A stretch of 64,000 bases of DNA from the human T2T-CHM13v2.0 reference genome, Homo sapiens. The stretch is taken from NCBI RefSeq assembly GCF_009914755.1, contig NC_060947.1. One strand, 5' to 3'. The notes under the pieces are model-generated. The model was given only the letters and a program-made list of their open reading frames with translations. It searched no databases and had not been told where the DNA came from. Positions within the stretch are counted from its first letter, which is position 1, and each line of letters begins with the position of its first letter. A program made the translations under genes and the position numbers. Below are positions 1-19,788 of this stretch, in pieces.

Positions 1-42
1 CTGGAGGAATTATGGGTCCTAAAGGGAGAAGTTGAAGTTGAT

Positions 43-73
<31 letters not shown>

Positions 74-88
74 CACACACACACACAC
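43..88. repeat. (CA)n microsatellite
   Basis: Run of ac dinucleotides with one gc interruption, seen directly. Confidence 0.97.
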
Positions 89-437
89 TCTTATATTCTC
101 AGTGTGAGCTGAGCTGAGACCCGCTGAATCACTCAGAAGTGGCCCAGTCCTGGGAGCAGGAGAGAAAGGGAAGGATGACATGGTAAGAATCCCATTCTTC
201 CTCAGTGCTGGGGAGCTGGAGAACACCACCTCCTTCTCCTGGCCTGCTCCAGGTTCTAGGAAGGAGAGCAGATGGAGTCTCAGGCCTGTGGCTTCCTGTC
301 TACACTGCTGCTCCCTGGGTTGGAGGGTAGCTAAGAGATCTGGGTAGAGAAGGGGAGAGAATCGGGAAAAGATGTTGCTCAAGAAAGATGACAACCAGGG
401 GTGAGGGCTAAAAGTGAATCAAAGATAAAACATCACT

Positions 438-744
438 GGCCGGGCGCAGTGGCTCATGCCTGTAATCCCATCACTTTGGGAGGCCAAGACAGGTGGATCA
501 CGAGGTCAGGAGTTCAAGACCAGCCTGGCCAAGATGCTGGAAACGCCGTCTCTACTAAAAACACACAAAAAATTAGCTGGGCGTGGTGGCACGTGCCTGT
601 AATCCCAGCTACTTGGGAGGCTTAGGCAGGAGAATCGCTTGAACCTGGGTGGCAGAGGTTGCAGTGAGCCGAGATCGCGACACTGCGCTCCAGCCTGGGC
701 GACTCCAGAGCAAGACTCCGTCTCAAAAAATAAAATAAAAATAA
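438..744 (+). mobile_element. Alu (AluS-like), full length
   Basis: Starts ggccgggcgcagtggctca, has two arms and an A-rich tail; TSD caaagataaaacatcact at 420-437 and 745-762. Confidence 0.96.
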
Positions 745-1280
745 CAAAGATAAAACATCACTAAAAAAGAAGAGAGGAGAGAAACAAAACTAAAATCCAC
801 CCCAAATCCAAACCTGCCTGGAAGAAAAGAAAGTCCTCTGGTCTCATAGAGACATTATTTGGCAAGGCTGGCTTTGCTGCAGGAGCGCCCAGTCCTCAGC
901 CCAGCCCTGGAGATGGGGGACACAGCCTCTACACCTCATCCTAGTCCTGGCGGGGGGGCAACTTCCTCTTAGTCATCCTCCTTGGCTTCCTCTCTCCCTC
1001 ACTCTCTCTCTCTCCCTGTCTCTGTCTCTCTCAATGAATCTGATGTAGTATAGGCATACTTTGTTTTATTGCACTTCACTTTATTGTGCTTTGCAGATAT
1101 TGCTTTTGTTTTGTTTACAAATTGAAGTTTTTTGGCAACTCTGCAATAAGCAAGTCTATCAGCATCATTTTTCCAACAGCATGTGGTTACTTCATGCCTC
1201 TGCCACATTTTGGTAATTCTTGCCATACTTCAAATGTTCCTTATAATTTTATCTGTTATGGTGATTTGTAATTGATGATC

Positions 1281-1543
1281 TTTTCTTTTTTTTCTTAGAC
1301 AGTCTGGTTCTGTTACCCAGGCTGGAGCGCAATCGTGCAATCATAGCTCACTGCAGCCTCCTGGGTTCAAGGGATCCTCCCACCCCAGCCTCCCAGGTAG
1401 GAGGGACTATAGGCCTGAACCACTACACCTGGCTAGCCTATTTTTTACACAATTTTGTTAGAGGTGGGGTCTCGCTGTGTTGCCCAGGCTGTTCTGGAAC
1501 TCCTGGCCTCAAGTGATCCTCCTGAGCAACTGGGATTACAGGC
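1281..1543 (-). mobile_element. Alu (AluJ-like, degenerate) inside Tigger1
   Basis: Poly-T followed by reverse-complement Alu (cccaggctggag...gggattacaggc) with internal deletions. Confidence 0.88.
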
Positions 1544-2269
1544 AAGATGTGATTGGTGATATTTGATGTCACCATAGTAATTGTTTTGGCACACCATGAA
1601 CTGTGCCCATTATAACATGATGAACTTACTCAATCAATGTTGTGTGTGTTCTCAGTGCCCCACCGATCAGCCATTCCTGTGTCCGTCTCCCTCTATTATG
1701 GCCTCCCTTTTCCCTAAGACACAAGACTATGGAAATTAGGCCAGTCAATAACCCAACAATGGCCTCTAAGTGTTCAAGTGAAAGGAAGAGTCATACGTTT
1801 CTCGCTTTAAATCAAAAGCTAGAAATGATTTAAGCTTAGTGAGGAAAGCATCAAAAAACCTGAGATAGGCCAAAAGCTAGGCATCTTGTGCCAAATAGTT
1901 GGCTAAGTTGTAAATGAAAAGGAAAAGTTTCTGAAGGAAATTAAAAGTACTACTCCAGTGAGCACATAAATGATAAGAAACTGAAACAGCCTTATTGCTG
2001 ATATGCAGAAGGTTTGAGTGATTTGCATAGAAGATCAAACCGACCACAACATTCCCTTAAGCCAAAACCTAATCCAGAGTCAGGCAGGCCTTAACTTTCT
2101 TCAGTTCTATGAAGGCTGAGAGAGGTAAGCAAGCTGCAGAAGAAAATTATGAAGCTAGCAGAGGTTGGTTCATTATGTGTAAGGAAAGAAGGCATCTCCA
2201 TAACATAAAAGTTCAAAGTAAAGCAACAAGTGCTGCAGCAAGTTATCCAGAAAATATAGCTAAAACCAT

Positions 2270-5041
<2,772 letters not shown>

Positions 5042-8000
5042 ACCCTTGATGGAAGTGACTATCCTAAACAGATTTCAGTGTAAACAAAATAGCCTTGTAT
5101 TGTTAAAAGATGCCATCTAGGACTTCCATAGATAGATAATAGAAGACAATGCCTGGCCTCAAAGCTTCAAAGGACAGGCTGTATCTGTTATTAAAGGCTG
5201 AGGCAACTAGTGACTTTAAGTTAAAGCTAATGCTCATTTACTATTCCAAAATTCCTAGGCCCCTTAATAATTATGATAAATCTACTCTGCCTGTGGTCTG
5301 TTAATGGAATGACAAAGCCTGGATGACAGTACACCTGTTTACAGCATGGTTTATTCACTGTTGAGAATTTTATCTCACTTTTGAGACCTACTGTTCAGGA
5401 AAAAAAGATTCCTTTCAAAATAAAACTGATAATTGACAATGTACCTGGTCACTCAAGAGCTCTGATAGGGATGTGCAAGGAGATTAATGTTTTCATGCTT
5501 ACTAACACAACATCCATTCTGCAGCCCCTATGTCAAGGAGCCATTTCAACTTTCAAGTCTTGTTATTTAAGACATAAGCCTCATAAGGCTATAGGTGCCA
5601 TAGACAGAGATTTCTCTGATGGATCTGAGCAAAGTAAATTGAAGTTATTCTGGAAAGGATTTGCCACTCCAGATGCCATTAAGAACATTCATGATTCATG
5701 GAAGGTGGTCAAAATAGCAACATTAACAGGAGTTTAGAAGAAGATGATTCCAGCCTTCATGGATGACTATGAGGAGTTCAACACTTCAGTAGAGGAAGTC
5801 ACTGCAGATGTAGTGGAAACAGCAAGATAACTAGAATTAATTGTGGGGCCTGTGTATGTGACTATATTGTTGCAGTCTCTTGATAAAACTTGAATAGATG
5901 GGGAATTATTTCTTAAGGATGAGCAAAGAAAATGGTTTCTTGAGGCAGAATATACTCCTGGCGAAGACGTTGTGAACATTGTTGTAATGAACATGAAGGA
6001 TCTAGAATATTCCATAAACTTAGCAGATAAAGCAGTGCCAGGGTTTAAGATTGATGCCTATTTTGAAAGAAGTTCTACTGTGGGTAAAATACTATCAAAC
6101 AGCATCACATTTTTTGAAAGCACTATATTCTGGGAAAGGAAGATTCAATTCATGTGGCAAAGTTCATTGTTGTCTTATTTTAAGAAATTGCCACAGCCAC
6201 TCCCATCTTCAGCAACCACCATCCTGATCAGTCAGCAGTCATCAACAACAAAGCAAGACCATCCACCACCAAAAAGATTATGACTTTCTGAGGGCTCAGA
6301 TGATCTTTAGCATTTTTATTAATAAATACTGTTAATTAAGGTATGTACATTATTTTTAAGACATAATGCTATTGCCCAGTTCATAGACTACAGTATAGTA
6401 TAAACATAACATGCATATGAACTGGGAAGCAAAAAAATGGTGTGACTCACTTAATTGTGATATTCACTTTACTGCAGTGGTGTGGAACTGAACGTGCAAT
6501 ATCTCTGAGATATGCATTTTAGGTTCTAGAAAACGAAGTAATTGTTATGGTTTTAATTTATGCATGTATGTTTCCTATTAGCACACAGAAGAAAGCAATA
6601 GAATACAACCACCAGACAGCTATGAGATACTGGGCAAAACTAACAATTCCATCAGTTCAATAAGCAGGCGAAGCTGCCCCTTTAGCTTTAATTTTTCAAC
6701 ACCAATTATTTTCATCCAATGTGGGTTGTCTACAGGACAGTGCTGTGTAGGTCTTCATGACCTTTATGAAATATTATAATTGTCTCCTAATTATGCACAG
6801 TATTTATCTGCATAAAGTTGTGAGAGATGCCAAACTATACTTTTAAAAAGAAATCTTCAGGCAGCCATTTCTTAAGGGGACAGGTGTGGAAAAGAATAGA
6901 GATGAAAAAAAAATATATAATGGAGCATAATTGCTAAACGGTAGGCCAAAAAACTTTTGAATATTTGTCAAAGTCCAACAGTGACTGTCAGCAGTGCTTA
7001 TTTTACCATGTTGTGAGCCAAAAGCATAATGCAATAAATTCACAATAGACTGAATCTTAGCCATCCTCTGATTGACTTCTAGGAACTTCACTATCTTAAA
7101 TTTTCTCAATCTTAATCTCAACAGTAAAATGAGAGGGTTGAATTTTCAAAATTAGATCTCACGTCTTAATGGAACGCTGAATATATATTTCTTTGCTAGA
7201 TAGTGGTATAACAAACACTGTGAGGGACTGAGATTCATGATAGGTAACCATTAAGAGCTTGCATCCTGTAGACAAGCTCCTCTTTTTTGTAGTGAGAGTT
7301 ACCAAGTTAAGACACAGTATTTGGGCCTTCAGTGTTACTCTGTTAAGACTTATAATTGGAAATAGGGTTTCAAGATGGCCGAATAGGAACAGCTCCAGTC
7401 TACAGCTCCCAGCATGAGTGACACAGAAGACGGGTGATTTCTGCATTTCCAACTGAGGTACTGGGTTCATCTCACTGGGGCTTGTCAGACAGTGGGTGCA
7501 TGACAGTGGGTGCAGCCCACTGAGCGTAAGCCAAAGCAGGGCAAGGCATCACCTCACCAGGGAAGTGCAAGGGGTCAGGGAATTCCCTTTCCTAGCCAAG
7601 GGAAGCTGTGACAGATGGCACCTGGAAAATTTGGTCACTCCCACCCTAATACTGTGCTTTTCCAGTGGTCTTAGCAAACGGCACACCAGGAGATTATATC
7701 CCGTGCGTGGCTAGGAGGGTCCCACACCCACAGAGCCTCGCTCGGTGCTAGCACAGCAGTGTGAGATCGAACTGCAAGTCAGCAGCGAGGCTAGGGGAGG
7801 GGCGCCTGCCACTGCTGAGGCTTGAGTAGATAAACAAAGCAGCCAGGACGCTTGAACTGGGTGGAGCCCACCACAGCTCAAGGAGGCCTGCCTGCCTTGG
7901 TAGACCCCACTTCGGGGGCAGGGCATAGCCGAACAAAAGACAGCAGAAACCTCTGCAGACTTAAATGTCCCTGTCTGACAGCTTTGAAGAGTGTAGTGGT

Positions 8001-8369
8001 TTTCACAGCATGGAGTTTCAGATCTGAGAAAGGACAGACTGCCTCCTCAAGTGGGTCCCTGACCTCCGAATACCCTAACTGGGAGGCAACCACAGCAGGG
8101 ACAGACTGACACCTCACACAGCTGAGTACCCCTTTGAGATGAAGCTTCCAGAGGAGCGATCAGGCAGCAACATTTGCTGTTCCGCAGCCTCCACTGCTGA
8201 TACCCAGGCAAACAGTGTCTGGGGTGGACCTCCAGCAAACTCCAACAGACCTGCAGCTGAGGGTCCTGACTGTTAGCAGGAAAACTAACAAACAGAAAGG
8301 ACATCCACACCAAAACCCCATCTGTACGTCACCATCATCAAAGACCCAAAGGTAGATAAAACTACAAAG

Positions 8370-9386
8370 ATGGTGAAAAACCAGAGCAGAAAAGCTGAAA
8401 ATTCTAAAAATCAGAGCGCCTCTCCCCCTCCAAAGGAATGCAGCTCCTCGCCAGCAACAGAACAAAGCTGGATGGAGAATGACTTTGACGAGTTGAGAGA
8501 AGAAGGCTTCAGATGATCAAACCTCTCCGAGCTAAAGGAGGAAGTTCGAACCCATCGCAAAGAAGTTAAAAACCTTGAAAAAAGATTAGACGAATGGCTA
8601 ACTAGAATAACCAGTGTAGAGAAGTCCTTAAATGACCTGATGGAGCTAAAAACCATGGCACGAGAACTATGTGATGAATGCAAAAGCTTCAGTAGCCAAT
8701 TCGATCAACTGGAAGAAAGGGTATCAGGACTGAAGATCAAATGAATGAAATGAAGCAAGAAGAGAAGTTCAGAGAAAAAAGAGTAAAAAGAAATGAACAA
8801 AGCCTCCAAGAAATATGGGACTATGTGAAAACACCAAATCTACATCTGATTGGTGTACCTGAAAGTGACGGGGAGAATGGAACCAAGTTGGAAAACACTC
8901 TGCAGGGTATTATCAAGGAGAACTTCCCAAACCTAGCAAGGCAGGCCAACACTCAAAATTCGGGAAATACAGAGAAGGCCACAAAGATACTCCTTGAGAA
9001 GAGCAACTCCAAGACACATAATTGTCAGATTCACCAAAGCTGAAATGAAGGAAAAAATGTTAAGGGTAGCCAGAGAGAAAGGTTGGGTTACCCACAAAGG
9101 GAAGCCCATCAGACTAACAGCGGATCTCTCGGCAGAAACTCTGCAAGCCAGAAGAGAGTGGGGACCAATATTCAACATTCTTAAAGAAAAGAATTTTCAA
9201 CCCAGAATTTCATATCCAGACAAACTAAGCTTCATAAGCGAAGGAGAAATAAAATCCTTTACAAACAAGCAAATGTGGAGAGATTTTGTCACCACCAGGC
9301 CTGCCCTACAAGAGCTCCTGAAGGAAGCACTAAACATGGAAAGGAACAACTGGTACAAGTCACTGCAAAAGCATGACAAATTGTAA
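8370..9386 (+). pseudogene. L1 ORF1p (RNA-binding chaperone), disrupted
   Basis: ATG at 8370, in-frame TGA at 8514 and a frameshift near 8950-8995; fragments RNEQSLQEIWDYVK and RRATPRHIIVRF...PALQELLKEAL. Confidence 0.93.
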
Positions 9387-9449
9387 AGACCATCGACGCT
9401 AGGAAGAAACTGCATCAACTAACGAGCAAAATAACCAGCTAACATCATA

Positions 9450-13315
<3,866 letters not shown>

Positions 13316-14587
13316 ACAATGAGAACACTTGGACACAGGAAGGGGAACATCACACACCGGGCCCTGTTGTGGGGTGGGGGGAGGGGGCAGAGATAGCATT
13401 AGGAGATATACCTAATGCAAATGACTAGTTAATGGGTGCAGCACACCAACATGGCACATGTATACGTATGTAACAATCCTGCACGTTGTGCACATGTACC
13501 CTAGAACTTAAGTATAATAATAAAAAATAAAAAATAAATAAAAATAAATAAATATATAAATAAATAAATAACTCACAGAGGTGACTCACACAAGGGACAA
13601 TGCCAAGTACATATTCCCACTCCAGAATCTGAGCTTTCGGCCCCCACCCTATACTTGCATAGAAAAGACACCACACACACACACACAAAAGCAAAATCAG
13701 CTATAATCTCATCACTCAAAGGTAACCCTTATTAACACTTTACAGTAGATTTTTTTACATATGTAAAACTAGATTATCTTTGAATAAAAATGAAATAACA
13801 CAATTTTAAAAAAGACATAATTGATAATTAATAGTCACACTTAAATATTTTTTAAAAGTTTGCAATTAGGAACTATTGGTGAGTAAGGATATTTGTAAAA
13901 GTTTTAAACATGTTTTTGGAAATATGGAAATAAACTGACCTTAACATCATCACATAAAACCAAGCATTTAAAGGAAAACAGATTTTGTTCCAAGTGTTTT
14001 CTCATAGTAGCCCCCCCTCAACAAAAATCTGTAGAATTTTAGGATGGTGGAACTGATCTGTATGTTACTGAAAACACTGAGTGGATATATGACTCAACGC
14101 ACTTGTCAAAACTCATAGAACTGTACGTCAAAAAAAGAGTACACTTTAATGTATGCATAGTAAAAAAATTCAGCAGGATATCAGGGGATCTCAAGATGGA
14201 ATATAGACTATGACAACTAAATCTGCCTTTATTACAGTGTTTGACATAACCTCACCGAAGCAGGTGGGGGAAAAGAAGCTGGCATAAATAACTTTGCCGA
14301 ATGCTGTTTTGAAGGAAACTGAAAGCTGAAGACAAAAGTAATGGTACATAGAAACTGAAGTCTAGTTGCTGAATTTATTTTTCATTGGGGTTGTGGTCAC
14401 TAATTCTCAACCTGCATGTATGTCTGGGGTTGAATAAATAAGTAAATTGATGATGCATGTTGAGAACGAGGATTCTCACTGTCAGAGAGGGAAATTCCAG
14501 ATGAGCAAGGAATAAAGGTGAAATGAACTCTGTAGTACCAGATTAGAGTTAGAGATATCACTATGAACTCACAATTAGCTTTATATA

Positions 14588-14912
14588 TGAAATGGGAGGA
14601 GATTTTCCTTATCCCGTCGCTGGGTATGTGACACGGGTGTGGCTTGCTTCTTTGGCGTCTCACCGCTCAACCCCCTAGGCGGAGCATGCAGAAGGGCAGG
14701 TCGCGGGGAGTGTTTTTGGGCTCTCACCCCACAACGGCGTCTAAGGTTGAGGTTTTACATTTTACAGCTCCCGAAGCACCAGTGGGTGTGTGTTACAGTG
14801 TGCTCTTTCAGTTTTGCTATCTGCAGGTGGCTTGTATTAATCAGCTCAATTAGACCCTCTGCCTTATCACAAGGACAGAGGGCTTTCTGTATCCCGAGGT
14901 TCTTGCCCTAGT
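14588..14912 (-). mobile_element. ERV1-class LTR fragment (LTR9/LTR1-like), truncated
   Basis: Begins tgaaatggga...ccttatcccgtcgc, the reverse of an ERV1 LTR end (...ccgtttca); a GC-rich block that ends abruptly in the TA repeat. Subfamily is uncertain. Confidence 0.65.
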
Positions 14913-15104
14913 ATATATATATAGATAGATGGTATATTTATATATATAATATATATAAATATATTATATATGTAAATATATTATATATATTATATATTAT
15001 ATAGAAGATATATATCTATCTATATAATATATATCTCCTCTCATTTCATATATATATCTGGCATATATATATTATATATATTATATATTATATATATATA
15101 GAGA
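14912..15104. repeat. TA-rich low-complexity / (TA)n repeat
   Basis: Interrupted tata arrays seen directly. Confidence 0.93.
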
Positions 15105-17319
15105 GATGGACAGATGCAGAAATAATTATAGAAATGTGTATATACGTGGGTTAGAGTACATATATATATTTTCTTGTTCTCTCTACTGAGAGGCTCTGGG
15201 AGCAGTGACACTTCAGCAGCAATGATCACACCCAGCACCCAGATCTTGATTTCTAACTCCATTCTTCGATAAAAAGAACCAGGAATCCTCAGAGAAATGG
15301 CTGATTTTAAAGCTGGGGCAGTGAATATACAAGAGGAACTTGGAGCGTCTTGTAGTGCTAGAGAGCCAGAAAATTCTCATAAAACAAAAGGATGAGAGTA
15401 TATCAAAAGGACACATAAACCAACTGAAAGGGTTCTCGATGGCCAAAGCTGTAATAAATTGACAAAAAAATCCCAAATAATGTGGCATTAGACTACAACC
15501 CGAAGTATAAAATATTCATGAGTCCACACTGGTACTAAATAAATAAATAAATAAGGGAGAAGGGACAAATCTACCTACAGAATAATTTGAAATAACAGTA
15601 GATAATCCCTTCTTCAGGAGACGGAGTTTGATTCCCCTCCCCGTTTGAATGTGGGCTGAATTTAGTGTGTTGCGTCTAAAGCACTGAGTATAAAAAGAGG
15701 AAATAGTAGTCATTTTATGTAAAGAAATGGGATGAACACCACTTAACCAAGTGATAGAGGTTCACATCACCAGTGATAAGTCACGTTGATATCATATGCC
15801 TCCAATATGATATAATGATAAGGACATTAACCTCTATGATTATTCTTCTGCAAAAACCATAACATTAGTCTAGCCGTGAGGAAAGTACAAAACAACTCCA
15901 AATTGAAGAACATTCTACAAATACCTGGCTAGTAATCCTTAAGGCTTTTAAGGTTACGAGAAACAAGGAAAGGCTGAAAAATTATCACAGATCAGAGGAG
16001 TCTAAAGAGTCATGATGGCTAAATGCAACGTGGTAGCCTGGATGGGATCCTGGAATACAGAAAGGGCATTAGTAGACAAAGTGGTAAACTCTGAATAAAG
16101 TCTGTAGTTTAGTTAATGGTAATGAACTGGTGGTGGTTTCTTAGTTTTAACAAACATACAATGGTAATGTAAGGCATAAATATTAGAGGAAACTGGGTGA
16201 GGGATATGTGGGAACAATCTTTGGAAATCTAAAACTATTTCAAAGCAGTAAGAAATTATTACATGCAAAAAATATCCATGGAAAAACTCCCTAACTATAG
16301 TAGCTATCATGATTCTAGTAATGTTTATCTTATGAGTAGAAATAATTCAGTTCCTTTGGTTCTTGAAATCTCTACTTATTTTGTGATTCATGCTGAGTAA
16401 TTTTCATTATTTGTGACCTTTTGAAAATGTTCTTTCTTTTATCACTCTGACTGTTTTGTTCAATGATGTGCTTCTGGTAAGCTGCTTCTAATAAAAGTCA
16501 AATAAAAGCTGTAAATTGAAATAAAGATGAAATTTTTAAAGGACAATGTTTAGTAAATTCCTAAAAGAAATTTCTTTAAAGGGAGACTTATCACCAAAGA
16601 AAATTGTAAAGTACTTATTAAATAAGGACTTAGAAAATATTCACACATCACTGCTTTTTTTAAAAACACTGATCATTTACCACAAAACATATGTATTTTT
16701 GCAGTTTGTAAAATGTTGTCAATATCTTCAGCATAGAAGTGGAGTGAAAGTCAGATTTGAGTTGGTTGAAGGGTATATAGGAGAGGAAGTAAAAATGGTG
16801 AGTGTAGGCAAATCTTTCAAGAAGTTTAGCTATGTAGAAGAAAAGAAAAATGGAGTTACAGCTGGAACAACATGTAGAATTAGGGAAGTTTTAAGATGAA
16901 ATATATTAGCAAAAAAAGTTGTTGATAGTAGATATCTAAATGTGAGAGAGATATCATTGATGTAGGAAGGAGTGGAAAACTCCAGGATTCCAGCTCTTGA
17001 GAAGATATATGATCTAGAAACTAGTGGAATAATGGCCTTTCCTAGGATCAAGCCAGACAAAGTAAATTCAGTCAAGTGAGTCGACAGGTTTGGTGGTGGG
17101 AAGATGGGTGTTAGGAGACTGATGTTATTGCTTTATGTCCAGTAAAATATGAGGTAGGACCATTGGCTTAGACTTCTGTGGGGGAGAGAATTTTCTTGAA
17201 AAAAAGTTTTGAAAAGAGGATAAAATTTGGACATAATTTTCTTAGAAAGTGGGAAAACGGACTTCCTAGGAAAATATATTTTCAAGGAATTCATAATTTT
17301 CAAAATAAAATTGTAACTA

Positions 17320-17640
<321 letters not shown>

Positions 17641-19259
17641 AATAATTTGCCTTGGCCATCACCTTAAGGACATTTTATTTGAAATACAGATGTAGCTTAG
17701 AAATTGATTTTAAGTGCATTAAAACTTCGCTTCACTAGAGACAGGGGAGGGGTGTCTGTCTGATGTAGGAAACAGACATTATATGGTATCCATGTGCATA
17801 TCAAATCAGCTTCGTTTAGAATTCAATATGGAATTGGAACTTCCCACCAAAATGCTTAAAGAGCTCTGTTAATTATGCATACACATGTACACTGACAGAG
17901 TGCTCACAACTCCAGCGATATACAAATCCAGGCCCTTCCCAGGGTCATCAGGAAAGAAGCCTTCTGCAGAGTACCATAGTAGATAGCAGTGCTCTAGTAC
18001 TCTTAGAAACACGGTAAGATTAACACTGGCTCTCAAACACAGTGGAGTACAACCTAAGAAATCTCTGTAATGAGTATTACATGCCCTGACATAAGAAAAT
18101 GACCATTCCAATATAGTGCAGAGTGATATATAAAGAAAAAGTTCAGCAAAATAGTTCCCTCGATGTCTAAGTGAGTACAGATATCTGTTAAAGGACAGAA
18201 TGGGTCTAATAGGATCATTATTAAAGGCTGGAATTGTCCACTGGAATCAGAAACCACATCAGGGTAATTGCTATTTTAGAGACAGTTAAAGAGCAAAAAC
18301 AATAAGGAATTGTTCTTAAGTGTAGGAATCACATGTGAGCTTTCTGTAAATGGTCATTGTTAAACTCTCATATTAGTTCTAATCATTTATTAACTGTGTG
18401 ATCTCAAACTGTCTATATGTGCTATCATATCATCTCTAATCAGTTACGCTTTTATTTATTCTCTTGCAATATTTATACTATTATTTCTCCTTTATTGCTT
18501 CCTATTTTTACTGGGATTTCCTAAGCAGTGTCAAATGGTAGCAGTGTTAGCACACATCCTTGTTGGTTCTTAATGTTAATGGGAATACTTCTAATCTGCA
18601 ATCATTGGAGTTTTTTCATTCTTGGTGTAAATTTGTTGTGCCTTATCTCTTTTTTCTTGTTTGTGTGTGTCAATATTTTATATATCTTATCAGTATTTTC
18701 TCAGCAGCAGATTTTGGTTTTACTGGTCAAGATTACTGGTTTGTGTGTTTTTTTTTCAGACAGTTTCTTTTCTACCACATTAATTTCTCCAGTTATATTT
18801 ATTAATGCTTTATTTCAAATCATCCAAGTTTTATTTCTTTTGTTTCTTCTTAAACAGAAAACTGTGTTCTTTATATTTAATTTTTCTTTTTTATTTCAAA
18901 TCCGTTCAGCTCTATAAAATTTCCTCTGAGTGTGATTTAGAGCACACTCCATAGGTTTTAATATATAGTGTCCTAATTTTTTTCTAAAAAGCATGTGATG
19001 TAGTTATTATTTCCTCATTAAAACAAAGGTTACTTTTAACTAGTTATTTTATATGATGATTAAAAAGTAATCCACTTTCATGGTAAAATATCCAAAAAGT
19101 GGAGAACAATATAAAGTGTAAAGTAAAATTAATTCCCCAGTTATCCATTCTCTGTTGTTGAAGATAAGCAGTGTTGACAACTTCTTGAACCTTTTCATGA
19201 AACATAATTTAAGGATATAAGAGCACATCTATTTTATAAAATTTTACTCAAAGAGGGTC

Positions 19260-19788
19260 TGAGTTAGTTATCAATAGCTGCATAACACATTAACCCAAAA
19301 CTTAGTTGCCTAAAACAACAAACATTTGAATCTTAATTTTACATTTTCTATGAGTCGAGAATCTTCATATGGCTTAACTGAGTTATCTAACTCAGAGTAT
19401 CTCATGAGGCTGCCATTAAAGTGTCAGCCAGGGCTGCAGTCATCTCAAGGCTCAAGTGGGGAAGGAACTGCTTCCAAGGTCACTCATGTGGGTGTTGGCA
19501 GGCCTTTGGTCCTTACTAGCTGACAGCTAAAGACAATAGTTCCTTGTTAAGTAGGCCACCCCATAGGGCAGCTCATAACATGACAGCTGACTTCCCTCAG
19601 AGCAAACAGGTGAGTGGAAGAGGGCAAAATATGGATGCTGCAGTCTTTTTGTAACCTAGTCTCTCAAGTCATCACCTCTGCCACGTTCTATTCACTAGAA
19701 GTGAGTCACTAAACCTTACTCACATTCAAAGGCATGAATGCCAAGAGGAGGATATCATTTAGGGCTGTCTCAGAGGCTGCCTACCACA
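19260..19788 (-). mobile_element. MLT1-type MaLR solo LTR
   Basis: gctgcataac...cccaaaacttagttgcctaaaacaacaaacattt ... gaggctgcctaccaca match MLT1 termini. Confidence 0.8.

Larger units (their letters stand above)
14040..16260 (+). mobile_element. Old L1M (L1MC/L1MD-like) 3' region, interrupted by an LTR fragment and a TA repeat
   Basis: Motifs ttgtcaaaactcatagaactgtac, cccagatcttgatttctaa...ggagaaatggctgatt and taaatgcaacgtggtagcctggatgggatcctggaa are typical of L1M 3' ends; subfamily and edges are approximate. Confidence 0.7.

Noticed and set aside
5381-5737. Domesticated TIGD-like transposase gene
   Set aside because: It is a fragment of a Tigger1 whose frame has many stops and a 2.8-kb insertion.
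7711-7926. 71-aa antisense ORF in the L1 5'UTR as intact ORF0
   Set aside because: It overlaps only the first half of ORF0 as I recall it (AGAPP.ASL..CS.IS.CCAS). The ORF0 ATG reads as Val and a stop follows GVGPS, so the matching length is coincidental.
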